Assembly: GCA_034520945.1 (NCBI GenBank)
Contig: JAXHNB010000006.1
Span: 736,001-800,000, forward strand
DNA from: Trueperaceae bacterium
GTDB taxonomy: Bacteria > Deinococcota > Deinococci > Deinococcales > Trueperaceae
Direction of reading: 5' to 3'
Length of the DNA stretch: 64,000 bases
The notes beneath the pieces were generated by a model. It did not search any database, had not been told where the DNA came from, and was given only the letters and a program-made list of their open reading frames with translations. The translations under genes and the position numbers were made by a program. Of the stretch, positions 33,312 to 45,077 are shown in pieces. Position 1 is the first letter of the stretch. Every line of letters begins with the position of its first letter.

Positions 33312-34088
33312 TCAGCGCGCGAGGACCTCGTCGAACACCAAGCCGCGCAATCGGACGCGATACGCGTCCTCGTCGATGCGGACGTCCAGCCAGGCGTACT
33401 CGTCGCCGTACCCGTTGGCGTCCAGCAACAGCGCCTTGCCCTGCGACGCGACGTTGAGCCCGCCTCGTACCGGCGTGTGGCCGTACACGCCCAGCCGATG
33501 CGGCGTCTCGGCCAGGTAATCGTGATCCTCGTAGATCCAACGACGCCGGTTCAGCCGGTAGAAGTCGTTGTCGAACACGTTGTGCTCTTCGCGTGGGCCG
33601 ACGTGGGCGAGGTGAATGCCCTCCACCTCCAGCGACCGGGGCCAACGCCGGATCCAGGCGGCGAGCGCCTCGGGAAGGTGTGAGCCGTAGCCCGGTTTCC
33701 ACTCCAGGTGGCTGATGTCGTCGCTGCGAAGCGGGCCCTGGTGGGGCTCGACGGCGTTGTGGTCGTGGTTGCCCAGCAGCACGTGCGCGATCCCGTCCGG
33801 GACGGGATCCAGGAAGGCGTGAACGCGGTGCAGGAACGCCTCCTGCGCCCGTTCGACCCGCCGCACGTGGCCCGGGTCGTACTCGTCGTAGGTCGTGACA
33901 CCGGCCAACTGAGCGTAGATGGCGCGGCTCTTGGCGTGGACCAAGTCGCCGAGGAGGACCAGGCGAGTCGTTCCGTCGAGAAGCTCCGGCGTGGGGGCGC
34001 CACCTTCATCGCGGAGGCCCGACTCGTCCAGCATGCGCCAGAGCTTGTCCTCTTGGGCGTGAATGTCGCCGATGACGACCAGTCGCAC
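33312..34088 (-). CDS. Calcineurin-like metallophosphoesterase
   Basis: VIGDIHA, LLGDLVH, LGNHD, GHTP motifs. Confidence 0.85.
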   Translation of the reverse strand: MRLVVIGDIHAQEDKLWRMLDESGLRDEGGAPTPELLDGTTRLVLLGDLVHAKSRAIYAQLAGVTTYDEYDPGHVRRVERAQEAFLHRVHAFLDPVPDGIAHVLLGNHDHNAVEPHQGPLRSDDISHLEWKPGYGSHLPEALAAWIRRWPRSLEVEGIHLAHVGPREEHNVFDNDFYRLNRRRWIYEDHDYLAETPHRLGVYGHTPVRGGLNVASQGKALLLDANGYGDEYAWLDVRIDEDAYRVRLRGLVFDEVLAR

Positions 34089-34099
34089 GGTGGGCGGTG

Positions 34100-35296
34100 T
34101 CAGCGCGCGGCGGCCTGCGTGGAGGGGAGACGGCCCACTTCGAGCAGCGGGAGTGGATCGATCGGCGACCCATCCACGCGCACCTCGAAGTGGAGGTGCG
34201 ATCCCGTGACGCGCCCCGTGGTGCCGACCCGAGCGATCAGGTCCCCGCCGGCGACCCGTTGACCCTCGTTCACCAGCCGTTGAGAGCTGTGGGCGTAGTA
34301 GTACTCCACCCCTCCCTGCTCGATGATGACCAACTGGCCGAAGCCGCCCATCCACCCCGAGAAGGTGACGACGCCCGGCGTCGCGGAGACGATCGGGTCG
34401 CCCGTGTCACCGTCGATGTCGATGCCGTAATGACTGTGCGTGCCGCCGACGCTCAATTGACGCCAACCGAAGCGCGAGGTGAGGGGTCCCTGAAGCGGCC
34501 ACAGCATCGCCGTCGCCTCAGCGTCACCCGGGGCGGCTGACGCATCAGCCGGATCGGCCGCCGTCTCGGGCGAGCCGGTGGCGCGCTCGTTGACGATGCG
34601 CAGCGACTGGCCGGGTCGCAGCGTGGAGCCCGACAAATCGTTCGCCGCCATCAAGGCGGCGACGGTCGTGTCGTAGCGGCGGGCGATCTCCCACAAGCTA
34701 TCACCGGCGTCGACCGTGATCACCGGCGCGGCGTACCCGCCTTGGTCACCGGTGTCGTCCGCCTGGGCCAAGGCCTGCGTGCCCGGCACCTCCAGCACCT
34801 GTCCAGGTTGGAGGGTCGCGGACGGGGCCAAATCGTTGGCGGTGGCCAGGTCGTCGACCGTGACCTCGTGCGCCTGCGCGATCTCCCACAGGGTGTCGCC
34901 CGGCCCGATCTCCACCGTCGCGACCTGGGGCGCTGCCGCGCCGGGGTGGAGGACCAGCTCCTGCCCCGGACGAATGGTGACGTCCCCCAGGTCGTTCCAG
35001 GCGATCAAATCGTCGACCGACGTTCCCGTCGCCTGCGCGATGTCGTAGAGGGTATCGCCGGCCTGCACGGTCCACCGGCTGGGCGGGCCCGATACGGTCC
35101 CAGGGAGGACGAGCGTGTCGCCGGGCGACAACTGCGTAGAGGCGAGGTCGTTGGCGGCCATGAGCTCGTCGACGGTGGTGCCGTGGCGCGAGGCGATCGC
35201 CCAGAGGCTGTCGCCCGCCTGGACGGTGACCGCATCTGCCATGACCCACGAGGCCGCGCCGAACATGATGAAGAAGAAAAAGCCACGCACGCGCAT
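34100..35296 (-). CDS. LysM-repeat M23 peptidase (peptidoglycan hydrolase)
   Basis: Four LysM repeats (GDSLWAIA, GDTLYDIA, GDTLWEIA, GDSLWEIA); HYGIDI, YAH, HLHFEV. Confidence 0.92.
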   Translation of the reverse strand: MRVRGFFFFIMFGAASWVMADAVTVQAGDSLWAIASRHGTTVDELMAANDLASTQLSPGDTLVLPGTVSGPPSRWTVQAGDTLYDIAQATGTSVDDLIAWNDLGDVTIRPGQELVLHPGAAAPQVATVEIGPGDTLWEIAQAHEVTVDDLATANDLAPSATLQPGQVLEVPGTQALAQADDTGDQGGYAAPVITVDAGDSLWEIARRYDTTVAALMAANDLSGSTLRPGQSLRIVNERATGSPETAADPADASAAPGDAEATAMLWPLQGPLTSRFGWRQLSVGGTHSHYGIDIDGDTGDPIVSATPGVVTFSGWMGGFGQLVIIEQGGVEYYYAHSSQRLVNEGQRVAGGDLIARVGTTGRVTGSHLHFEVRVDGSPIDPLPLLEVGRLPSTQAAAR

Positions 35297-35401
35297 CGCT
35301 CGGTAGTGTAGCAAACGTCACGAGCGGGGGGTGCGAACGATTGCGCGCTGGGCGCGAACCATGCCGCTCAGCCCGCGGGGCGCCCGGTGCGAGGAGCCCA
35401 A

Positions 35402-36184
35402 TCAGCGCAGAAAGCGGGTCCCCTGTCGCCCCGAGAGTGCGTCCCTCAGCCGATCGGGCGCCCGTCCGTCGGCGATGAGCGCCTCGGGCGCGCCCCAGGC
35501 CAATGCGTTCAGTGCGGACTCGACCTTGGGGATCATGCCGCCGGCGATCCGTCCGTCGGCGATGCGCGCGCGGACGTCGTCCTCGCGGAGCTCGCGAACC
35601 AGCGTGGTGGGATCGCTCGGGTCGTCCAGCACGCCGGGCACGTTGGTCAGAAACGCGACCGGCGCCGCCAAGGCCCCCGCGACCGCCCCGGCCACGTCGT
35701 CGGCGTTCACGTTCAGCGGGGCGCCCGCCTCGTCCACCGCCAGGCAGGCCAGCACGGGCACCATGCCGAGCGCCGCCAGGCCCACCAGAAGCTCGGTCCG
35801 CACCGCGGTGATGCGCCCCACCCGTCCCAAGGCCGGATCGGCCACCTCGGCTTCCAAGACCCGGGCGTCGCGCCCCGTCAGCGCGACGGCGTCGCCGATC
35901 TCGCCCGCCAGGTGCTTGCCGAGCACGCTGAGCACGTTCTCGACGATGCCGATCGCATCGTCACCGGTCACGCGCCGGCCGCCTTCGAAGCTCGATTCGA
36001 TCCGTGCCTCGTCCAAGCCCGCCTGGATGTAGGGGCCGCCCCCGTGCACCACCACGCCCGGCCCCTGCTGGGCGGCGAGGGCCGCCAGCGCGGCGGCGAA
36101 CGCCCGGCGCGTGGCCGGGTCGCCCATGGCGTTCCCGCCGTACTTGACGACCCAGGGGACGCGGGCGTTCCCATCGAGGGGCAC
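35402..36184 (-). CDS. argB: Acetylglutamate kinase
   Basis: VVKYGGNAM, VHGGGP, NVNAD, FLTNVPGV, GGMIPKV. Confidence 0.92.
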   Translation of the reverse strand: MPLDGNARVPWVVKYGGNAMGDPATRRAFAAALAALAAQQGPGVVVHGGGPYIQAGLDEARIESSFEGGRRVTGDDAIGIVENVLSVLGKHLAGEIGDAVALTGRDARVLEAEVADPALGRVGRITAVRTELLVGLAALGMVPVLACLAVDEAGAPLNVNADDVAGAVAGALAAPVAFLTNVPGVLDDPSDPTTLVRELREDDVRARIADGRIAGGMIPKVESALNALAWGAPEALIADGRAPDRLRDALSGRQGTRFLR

Positions 36185-36197
36185 GGCCGGTGCGCGC

Positions 36198-37208
36198 CTA
36201 GTCCTGGTCCCGCTCGGCGTCGGGATCCGCGGCGTCGTCGCTGGAGGCGTCCGCGTCGGCGTCGGCTTCGTCCTCGGCCCCGTTTCCGTCGCCGTTCTCG
36301 CCGCCGTCGACGTCGTCGCCATTGGCGTCCGCTTCGGGTTCGGGCGTCATGCCTTCGTCCGCGTCGGCGTCGGCATCCTCCTGACCCGCGCCGGCGTCGG
36401 CATCAGCGTTTTCCTGACCCGCGTCGCCGTTGGCGTCAGCGTTTTCCTGACCCGCGTCGGCGTCCGCGTCGGCGTCAGCGTCCTCCTGGCCCTCGTCGGC
36501 GTCCGCGTCGTCGACGTCGTTGCGCTCGCCAGGCATCTCACCGGCCGGTTCGCCGTCTTCGTCGTCCCCGTCCCCTTGGGGTGCGCCGGCGTCACCGGCA
36601 CCGTCTTCGCCGTCCGCCCCGGCGTCATCGGCGTCATCGGCGTCATCGGGCATGCCCGGCGCCCCGGGGGTCTCGCCCGCGTCGTCCGCGTCGGCCGCGT
36701 CGGCTTCGCCCTCGCCGTCCGGATCGGCCATGTCGGAGGCAGCGCTTTCCTCGTCCTCGTCCAGGCGCTCCAGGATCTCGTCGCGGCGGGCCTCGAGGGT
36801 GGTCAGATCGCGGCTGGCACGGGCGATCTGTTGTTCGAGCAGCGACAGCTGCGTGGCCAGGTCGCCCTCACGCCCCTCGCGCAACGAGGCGACGACCGAC
36901 TCGAGCGAAGCGATCTCGTCCCGAAGCGAGGCGTTCTCGTCCCGGAGCGTCTCGATGGTGGCGCTGCGCTCTTCGGCCGTGGCTTCGAGCTCCTCGAGTT
37001 CGGCCTGAACGCCCTCGAGTTGCTCCTCGGTGGCGGCGCGGGCCTCTTGGGCCTCGTCGCGTTCCGATTCGAGCGTGTCGACGCGCGCTTGCAGTTCGTC
37101 GCGCTGCGACTCCAACGCGTCGACCCGGCCCGGATCGACGCACGCGCTCAACAGGAGCAGGAGGGCGAGAACGGTCGAAACGAATGCGGTCGTGGTGCGA
37201 ACGGTCAT
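36198..37208 (-). CDS. Lipoprotein with coiled coil and highly acidic low-complexity tail
   Basis: Lipobox LLSAC; heptad-rich region; D/A/G-rich C-terminal half; GAGGTG RBS before ATG 37208. Confidence 0.8.
   Translation of the reverse strand: MTVRTTTAFVSTVLALLLLLSACVDPGRVDALESQRDELQARVDTLESERDEAQEARAATEEQLEGVQAELEELEATAEERSATIETLRDENASLRDEIASLESVVASLREGREGDLATQLSLLEQQIARASRDLTTLEARRDEILERLDEDEESAASDMADPDGEGEADAADADDAGETPGAPGMPDDADDADDAGADGEDGAGDAGAPQGDGDDEDGEPAGEMPGERNDVDDADADEGQEDADADADADAGQENADANGDAGQENADADAGAGQEDADADADEGMTPEPEADANGDDVDGGENGDGNGAEDEADADADASSDDAADPDAERDQD
36380..36490. repeat. Imperfect 33-bp tandem repeat (about 3 units) inside the lipoprotein gene
   Basis: CCTGACCCGCG recurs at 36380, 36413 and 36446; encodes 11-aa units of the type DAGQENADA(N/D)(G/A). 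Confidence 0.8.
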
Positions 37209-37320
37209 GGTCACCTCTTTCGGGCGGAATCGGCGAGCGTCGGGCGTGCTTGCAGGGAGGGGGTGTACGGGTCGCGACCGGCGGCGGTGCCGGTACGAAC
37301 CGCGGGGCGCCGCCCGGCGT

Positions 37321-38391
37321 TCAGGCGCCTTGGGCGACGTCCAAAGCCCGCCATCCCTTCGGGCTTCGGGACAGTACTTCGTGGCCGTCGTCCGTCACGA
37401 CGACGAGATCTTCGACGCGGACGCCCGCGTCGCCGGGGCGGTAGGCGCCAGGTTCGACGGTGATCACCATACCCGGCGCCAGGACGTCCTCGCCGTTGGG
37501 TCCCAGCGAGGGCCCCTCGTGGACGTCGAGGCCGACGCCGTGCCCCAGGCCGTGCACGAACGCGTCGCCCAAGCCGTGCCGGCGTAGCACCTCCCGGGCG
37601 ATCCCGTCGAGTTCCTGGCCGCTGACGCCGGGCCGGACGGCGTCCAGCGCGAGGGCCTGAGCTTCGAGCACGTGGTCGAACAGGGCCTGGTGGGCATCCG
37701 ACACCTCACCCACCCCGAAGGTCCGCGTCATGTCGGCGCAGTAGCCGTCCAGGCGCGCGCCCATGTCGATGGTGATCAGCTCGCCCGCCCGGATGTCCTT
37801 GTGCGATGCCAGGCCGTGCGGCATCGCGCTGCGTGCGCCGCTGGCCACGATCACGTCGAACGCCATGCCGTCGCCGCCTTCGGAGCGGACGAAGCGTTCG
37901 ATCTCCAGGGCGACGTCGACTTCGCGCAGGCCGGGGCGGACCACGGTGAGCACGTGCTGATACGCGCGGTCGGTCAGCGCCGCGGCACGCCGGATGGCGT
38001 CGACCTCCGCGTCGTCCTTGACGAGGCGGAGCTCCGTCACCAGCCCTTCGGTCCGCACCGGTTCTTCGCCGACGCGGCCAGCCAGGCGGGCGGCGGCGGC
38101 CAGCGTCAGATGTTCGGCCTCCACCCCGAGGGGGCCGCTCCGGACCCGCTCGGCCACCACGCCCATCCAGTCACGCTCGATGATCGCGGGCAGGCGGGAT
38201 TCCTGCTCGGCTTGCGCCACGTAGCGTCCGTCGGTGAGCAGCCACACGTCGGTTCGGGTGATCAGTACGCGCGCGTCGGCGGGCGACGTGAAGCCGGAGA
38301 GCCAGCGCACGTTGGCCGGGCCGGTCACCAGCATCGCAGCCAGGGAGCGTTCCTCCATGGCGGCCCGCACGCGCGAGAGTCGATCGGTCAC
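37321..38391 (-). CDS. Xaa-Pro aminopeptidase/dipeptidase (M24)
   Basis: SAMPHG, IDMGA, DMTRT, HGLGHGVGLDVHE, TVEPG, GVRVED. Confidence 0.92.
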   Translation of the reverse strand: MTDRLSRVRAAMEERSLAAMLVTGPANVRWLSGFTSPADARVLITRTDVWLLTDGRYVAQAEQESRLPAIIERDWMGVVAERVRSGPLGVEAEHLTLAAAARLAGRVGEEPVRTEGLVTELRLVKDDAEVDAIRRAAALTDRAYQHVLTVVRPGLREVDVALEIERFVRSEGGDGMAFDVIVASGARSAMPHGLASHKDIRAGELITIDMGARLDGYCADMTRTFGVGEVSDAHQALFDHVLEAQALALDAVRPGVSGQELDGIAREVLRRHGLGDAFVHGLGHGVGLDVHEGPSLGPNGEDVLAPGMVITVEPGAYRPGDAGVRVEDLVVVTDDGHEVLSRSPKGWRALDVAQGA

Positions 38392-39146
38392 CGTGCGGCC
38401 TCCGCGATCGCGTGCAGGTCGTCGACCTTCAGGCTGGCGCTGCCGATCAAGCCGCCGTCCACGTCCGGTTGACGCAACAGCTCAGCGGCGTTGGACGGCT
38501 TCATGCTTCCGCCGTACAGGATGCGGATGCCGTCCTCGAACCCCGGCAGAAGCCTGCCCAACTCGGCGCGGATGGCGGCCGACATCGATTGCGCGTCCTC
38601 TGCCGTGGCGGTGCGACCGGTGCCGATCGCCCAGACGGGCTCGTACGCGACGACCAGTTCGGTCGCGCCGGTGAGCGTCACGCCGTCCAACGCCGTGCGC
38701 AGCTGGTCCAGGACCACCGTTTCGGCTCGGCCCGCGTCCCGTTCGGCTTCGGCTTCGCCGACGCAGAGGATGGGGATGAGGTCGTGGCGGCGTGCGGCCG
38801 CGAGCTTGTCCCGCACGACCTCGTCGGTCTCACCGTGGTAGGCGCGTCGTTCGGAGTGGCCCACGATCACGAAGTTGGCGCCGGCGTCGCGCAGCATCGC
38901 CCCCGACAGGTCACCCGTGTACGCCCCTTCGTCGAAGGGCGAGAGGTCCTGTCCGCCGATCGCGACGGGGCCGCCCTTCGCGCGGGCGGCCAGGCTGGCG
39001 ATGTGCGTGGCGGGCACGCACAGCAGGAGGTCGGTGCGGTCCGTGACGTCCGGCTCCAGGTGCGACAGGAAGGTGCCGAGCCAGTCGAGCGCCTCGCCCG
39101 GCGTCTTGTACATCTTCCAGTTTCCGGCGATCAAGGGGATGCGCAT
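38388..39146 (-). CDS. tpiA: Triosephosphate isomerase
   Basis: AGNWKM, VGHSERR, AYEPVWAIGTG, YGGS, DGGLIGSASL. Confidence 0.97.
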   Translation of the reverse strand: MRIPLIAGNWKMYKTPGEALDWLGTFLSHLEPDVTDRTDLLLCVPATHIASLAARAKGGPVAIGGQDLSPFDEGAYTGDLSGAMLRDAGANFVIVGHSERRAYHGETDEVVRDKLAAARRHDLIPILCVGEAEAERDAGRAETVVLDQLRTALDGVTLTGATELVVAYEPVWAIGTGRTATAEDAQSMSAAIRAELGRLLPGFEDGIRILYGGSMKPSNAAELLRQPDVDGGLIGSASLKVDDLHAIAEAAR

Positions 39147-39219
39147 GAGCAAAGGATACCGCAGGGCCGGGAGGCCGCCGGTCCGCGCAGGCGCGGACTG
39201 GCGGCGAAAGGCGCGGTGC

Positions 39220-41682
<2,463 letters not shown>

Positions 41683-41755
41683 GGTCGGCTCCTTTTCTTG
41701 TTCTTGGCGATTCGGGGCGGGTCGGTGCCCATGCAGGATCCCGAGGACGCGCGTA

Positions 41756-41803
41756 GTTGAGTCGGGGGGTGCGGTAAATCTGAGTCAGCACGTGTCAAGT
41801 GTA
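41756..41803 (-). promoter_or_regulatory. lon promoter: -10 TACACT overlapping a HAIR-like (HspR) inverted repeat
   Basis: TCTGAGT-N7-TGTCAAG at 41779-41799 versus consensus CTTGAGT-N7-ACTCAAG; extra half-site GTTGAGT at 41756; TACACT on the minus strand at 41803-41798. Confidence 0.55.
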
Positions 41804-41964
41804 CCTGGGCGAGGGGGTGCCATGCAGTGTCCAGAACACGTGCCGCCGTCCCAACGCGGGACGGCCGGCGCCACGGCGGCTGCCGTGCGTACGGCCTTTC
41901 ATGATAGCGCGCTGAGCGGTTCCACTGGGCGACGGCCGCGACGCCCGTGCTACCCTTCCGAGCG

Positions 41965-43803
41965 ATGAACGACGTCCGCGACGCCCTCCACCACGCCTTC
42001 CGCCGGGCCCTCGACCGGATCGGGGCCGAAGCGCCCGAGATCCCGATCCAAGAGGTTCCAGCCGACAAGCCCGGCGACTACGGCACGCCCGTCGCCTTCA
42101 CGCTGGCGCGCAGCCTGCGGCGCAATCCCGCGCAGATTGCCGCCGACCTCGTCGCGGCGTTCGACCCGCCGGCCGGCGTGCTGCGCGCCGAGGCGGTCGG
42201 CCCCTACATCAACGTGTTCCTCGATCCGGCGGTGTTCGTGCGCGACGTGGCGGCGGGCCCGCCGGCGCCGCCTGAGCGCGGGCTCAAGGTGGTGGTCGAG
42301 CACACCAGCGTCAACCCCAACAAGGAGGCGCACGTCGGCCACCTCCGCAACATCGTGCTGGGCGACGCGGTGGCCCGCATCCTGCGCGCCGACGGCTACG
42401 AGGTGGAGGTGCAGAACTACGTCGACGACACCGGCCGTCAGGCGGCGGAGAGCATGTTCGCCGCCGAATGGTTCGACGAGCCGTGGGACGGCCAGGAGAA
42501 GTTGGACCACTGGTACGGACGCCTGTACGTGCGTCTCGGCGAAGCGCGCGAGGCGCATGCCGACGAGATCGAGCCCGGCGTGAGCGAGATGATGGCCCGC
42601 CTCGAGGCCGGCGAGATGCGCGAGCGCGTCGCCGAGGTGGTCCGGGCCCAACTGGAGACGTTCTGGGCGCTGGGGGCTTCGTACGACCTGCTGGTGTGGG
42701 AGTCGGACGTCGTCGCCGCCGGCTTCCTGGCGCGAGGCCTGGAGGTGCTCGAAGCCAGCCCCTACGTGTCGCGGCCGAGGGAGGGCAAGTACGCCGGCGC
42801 GCTCGTGATGGACGTCTCCGAGTTCATTCCCGGGCTGGAGGAGCCCCAGGTGGTGCTGGTCCGTAGCGACGGCAGCGCCATGTACGTCGCGAAGGACATC
42901 GGGTACCAGTTCTGGAAGGCGGGCCTCTTCGAGGGGCTGGACTACGCCCCGTTCGCCGAGCAACCGATCGGCGCGACCCTGTGGACCAGCGCCCCCCAGG
43001 GCGACCCCGCCCCCGGCGGGCGCCGCTTCGCCCATGCCCAGGAGATCGTGAACGTCATCGACGTGCGGCAGAGCCACCCCCAGACGCTGGTCCGTACCGC
43101 CCTGGCGTTGTCGGGAACCGAGGAGGGGCGCGAGGCGTACCGGAACAGCAAGCACCTCGCCTACGAGGTGGTCACCCTCGAGGGCCGCGCCATGAGCGGG
43201 CGCAAGGGGATCACCCTGGCGATCGACGAGGTGATGGTCGAGGCCGCACGGCGCGCGCGTGTCGTCGTGATGGAGAAGAACCCCGAGCTGCCGAACGTGG
43301 ACGAGGTCGCCCGGCAGGTCGGTTTGGGCGCCCTTCGCTTTGCGATGTCGAAGAGCGAGGCACGCCGGGTGATCGACTTTCGCTGGGAGCAGGCCCTGAG
43401 CCTGCAGGGCGACAGCGCCCCCTACGTCCAGTACGCGCACGCGCGCGCCGCCAGCATCCTTCGCACCGCCCGGGCGCAGGGCGTCGCGGACGAAGCGGCC
43501 GATTTCGCGGCCATGGGACCCCTCGAGGTCCGCCTGGCACGCGAGTTGGCGCGCCTGCCCCACGTGCGGGCGCAGGCCGCCCGCGAGCTGGCCCCCCACC
43601 TGGTGGCGCAGTACGCGTTGGACCTGGCCACCGCCTGGAATGGCTACTACAATCACCGCGGTCCTGACGGGCGTCCCGACACCTCCGTCGTGCGGGCCGC
43701 GCCCGGCCTGCGCGGGGCGCGGCTGGCGCTGGTGAGCGCGGTCGCGGCCGGTCTGCGCGAGGTGCTGGACCTCCTCGGCATCGAGGCGCCCGACGCGATG
43801 TGA
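41965..43803 (+). CDS. argS: Arginine--tRNA ligase
   Basis: EHTSVNPNKEAHVGHLRN (HIGH), MSGRKG (KMSKS-like), PYVQYAHARA. Confidence 0.96.
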   Translation: MNDVRDALHHAFRRALDRIGAEAPEIPIQEVPADKPGDYGTPVAFTLARSLRRNPAQIAADLVAAFDPPAGVLRAEAVGPYINVFLDPAVFVRDVAAGPPAPPERGLKVVVEHTSVNPNKEAHVGHLRNIVLGDAVARILRADGYEVEVQNYVDDTGRQAAESMFAAEWFDEPWDGQEKLDHWYGRLYVRLGEAREAHADEIEPGVSEMMARLEAGEMRERVAEVVRAQLETFWALGASYDLLVWESDVVAAGFLARGLEVLEASPYVSRPREGKYAGALVMDVSEFIPGLEEPQVVLVRSDGSAMYVAKDIGYQFWKAGLFEGLDYAPFAEQPIGATLWTSAPQGDPAPGGRRFAHAQEIVNVIDVRQSHPQTLVRTALALSGTEEGREAYRNSKHLAYEVVTLEGRAMSGRKGITLAIDEVMVEAARRARVVVMEKNPELPNVDEVARQVGLGALRFAMSKSEARRVIDFRWEQALSLQGDSAPYVQYAHARAASILRTARAQGVADEAADFAAMGPLEVRLARELARLPHVRAQAARELAPHLVAQYALDLATAWNGYYNHRGPDGRPDTSVVRAAPGLRGARLALVSAVAAGLREVLDLLGIEAPDAM

Positions 43804-43892
43804 GGCCCCGCTGGAGAACCCCGGCCCAGGCTGCGGATTGCGGCGCTGTGCGGGGGTTCTCCGGCACGCGCGGCGGTGCTAGCCTACGCCGC

Positions 43893-45077
43893 ATGACGCG
43901 AGTCGGCGAAGATTCCTCCACGGTTCGGCACTCGTCGCGGATCACCCTCAGCCAGTCGGCCCTGACCAAGAATCTTCGCTTCGTGCGCCGCAAGGTGGGG
44001 CCGGAGCCGATCATCAGCTCGGTGGTCAAGGCGAACGCGTTCGGCCACGGGATCGCGCCGTTCGTGCGCATGGCGGAACGCTCGGGCATCCGACACTTCT
44101 CGGTCGCGTCCAGCTCGGAGGCGAAGGAGGTGCTGCGCGTGCGCCGCACCGACGCGAGGGTCATGATCATGGGCATCTTGTATCCCGAGGATCTGTTCTG
44201 GGCCATCGCCAACGACATCGAGTTCTTCGTGTTCGACTTCGTGCGCCTGCAGACGGCGCTGCGGGTCGCGCAGGAGGTGGGACGGCCCGCCCGGGTGCAC
44301 CTGGAGGTCGAGACGGGCGGCAACCGGACCGGCCTGCCCGAAGAGGCGTTCGGCGCGGCGCTCGACCTGCTGGCGACCCACCCTGGCGCGTTGAGATTCG
44401 AAGGTCTGTGCACGCACTTCGCGGGGATCGAGAGCCTGGCGAATCAGTTTCGCGTCCAGAAGCAATTGGCACGCTTCGACGAGGCGTGCCGTACCAGTGA
44501 GCGTCGCGGCATCGTGCCGCGCTTGCGGCACACGGCCTGTTCCGGGGCGGCCTTGGCCTTTCCCGAGACGGTGATGGACCTGGTGCGCATCGGCACGGCG
44601 CAGTACGGCTTCTGGCCGGGCCCCGACGTCTACCACCTGCACCTGCAACAGGTGGGCAAGAAGCGGGACAACCCCCTCAAACGCGTCCTGACCTGGAAGA
44701 CCGACGTGATGCACCTGAAGCCCGTCGCCCGGGACGACTTCGTCGGGTACGGCACCAGCTACCAGGCGCCACGCGACATGCTCGTCGCGGTGCTGCCCGT
44801 CGGCTACGCCGACGGGTATCCCCGCAGCCTGTCCAACTTCGGCGAGGTGCTGATCCGCGGCAAGCGGGCGCCGGTGGTGGGCATGGTCAACATGAACGTG
44901 ATGATGGTCGACGTCTCCCATGTCCCCGACGTGCGCGTAGGCGACGAGGTGGTGCTGGTCGGCCGGCAGGGTCGGCAAGCGGTCTCGGTCCGGTCGTTCG
45001 CCGAGTTCACGAACGCTCTGAACAACGAATTCGTCAGCCGGCTTCCCGCCGTGATTCCGCGCGTCCCGGTGAGCTGA
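43893..45077 (+). CDS. alr: Alanine racemase
   Basis: VVKANAFGHG PLP-lysine, ETGGNRTG, THFA, VGYG, PVGYADG. Confidence 0.9.
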   Translation: MTRVGEDSSTVRHSSRITLSQSALTKNLRFVRRKVGPEPIISSVVKANAFGHGIAPFVRMAERSGIRHFSVASSSEAKEVLRVRRTDARVMIMGILYPEDLFWAIANDIEFFVFDFVRLQTALRVAQEVGRPARVHLEVETGGNRTGLPEEAFGAALDLLATHPGALRFEGLCTHFAGIESLANQFRVQKQLARFDEACRTSERRGIVPRLRHTACSGAALAFPETVMDLVRIGTAQYGFWPGPDVYHLHLQQVGKKRDNPLKRVLTWKTDVMHLKPVARDDFVGYGTSYQAPRDMLVAVLPVGYADGYPRSLSNFGEVLIRGKRAPVVGMVNMNVMMVDVSHVPDVRVGDEVVLVGRQGRQAVSVRSFAEFTNALNNEFVSRLPAVIPRVPVS

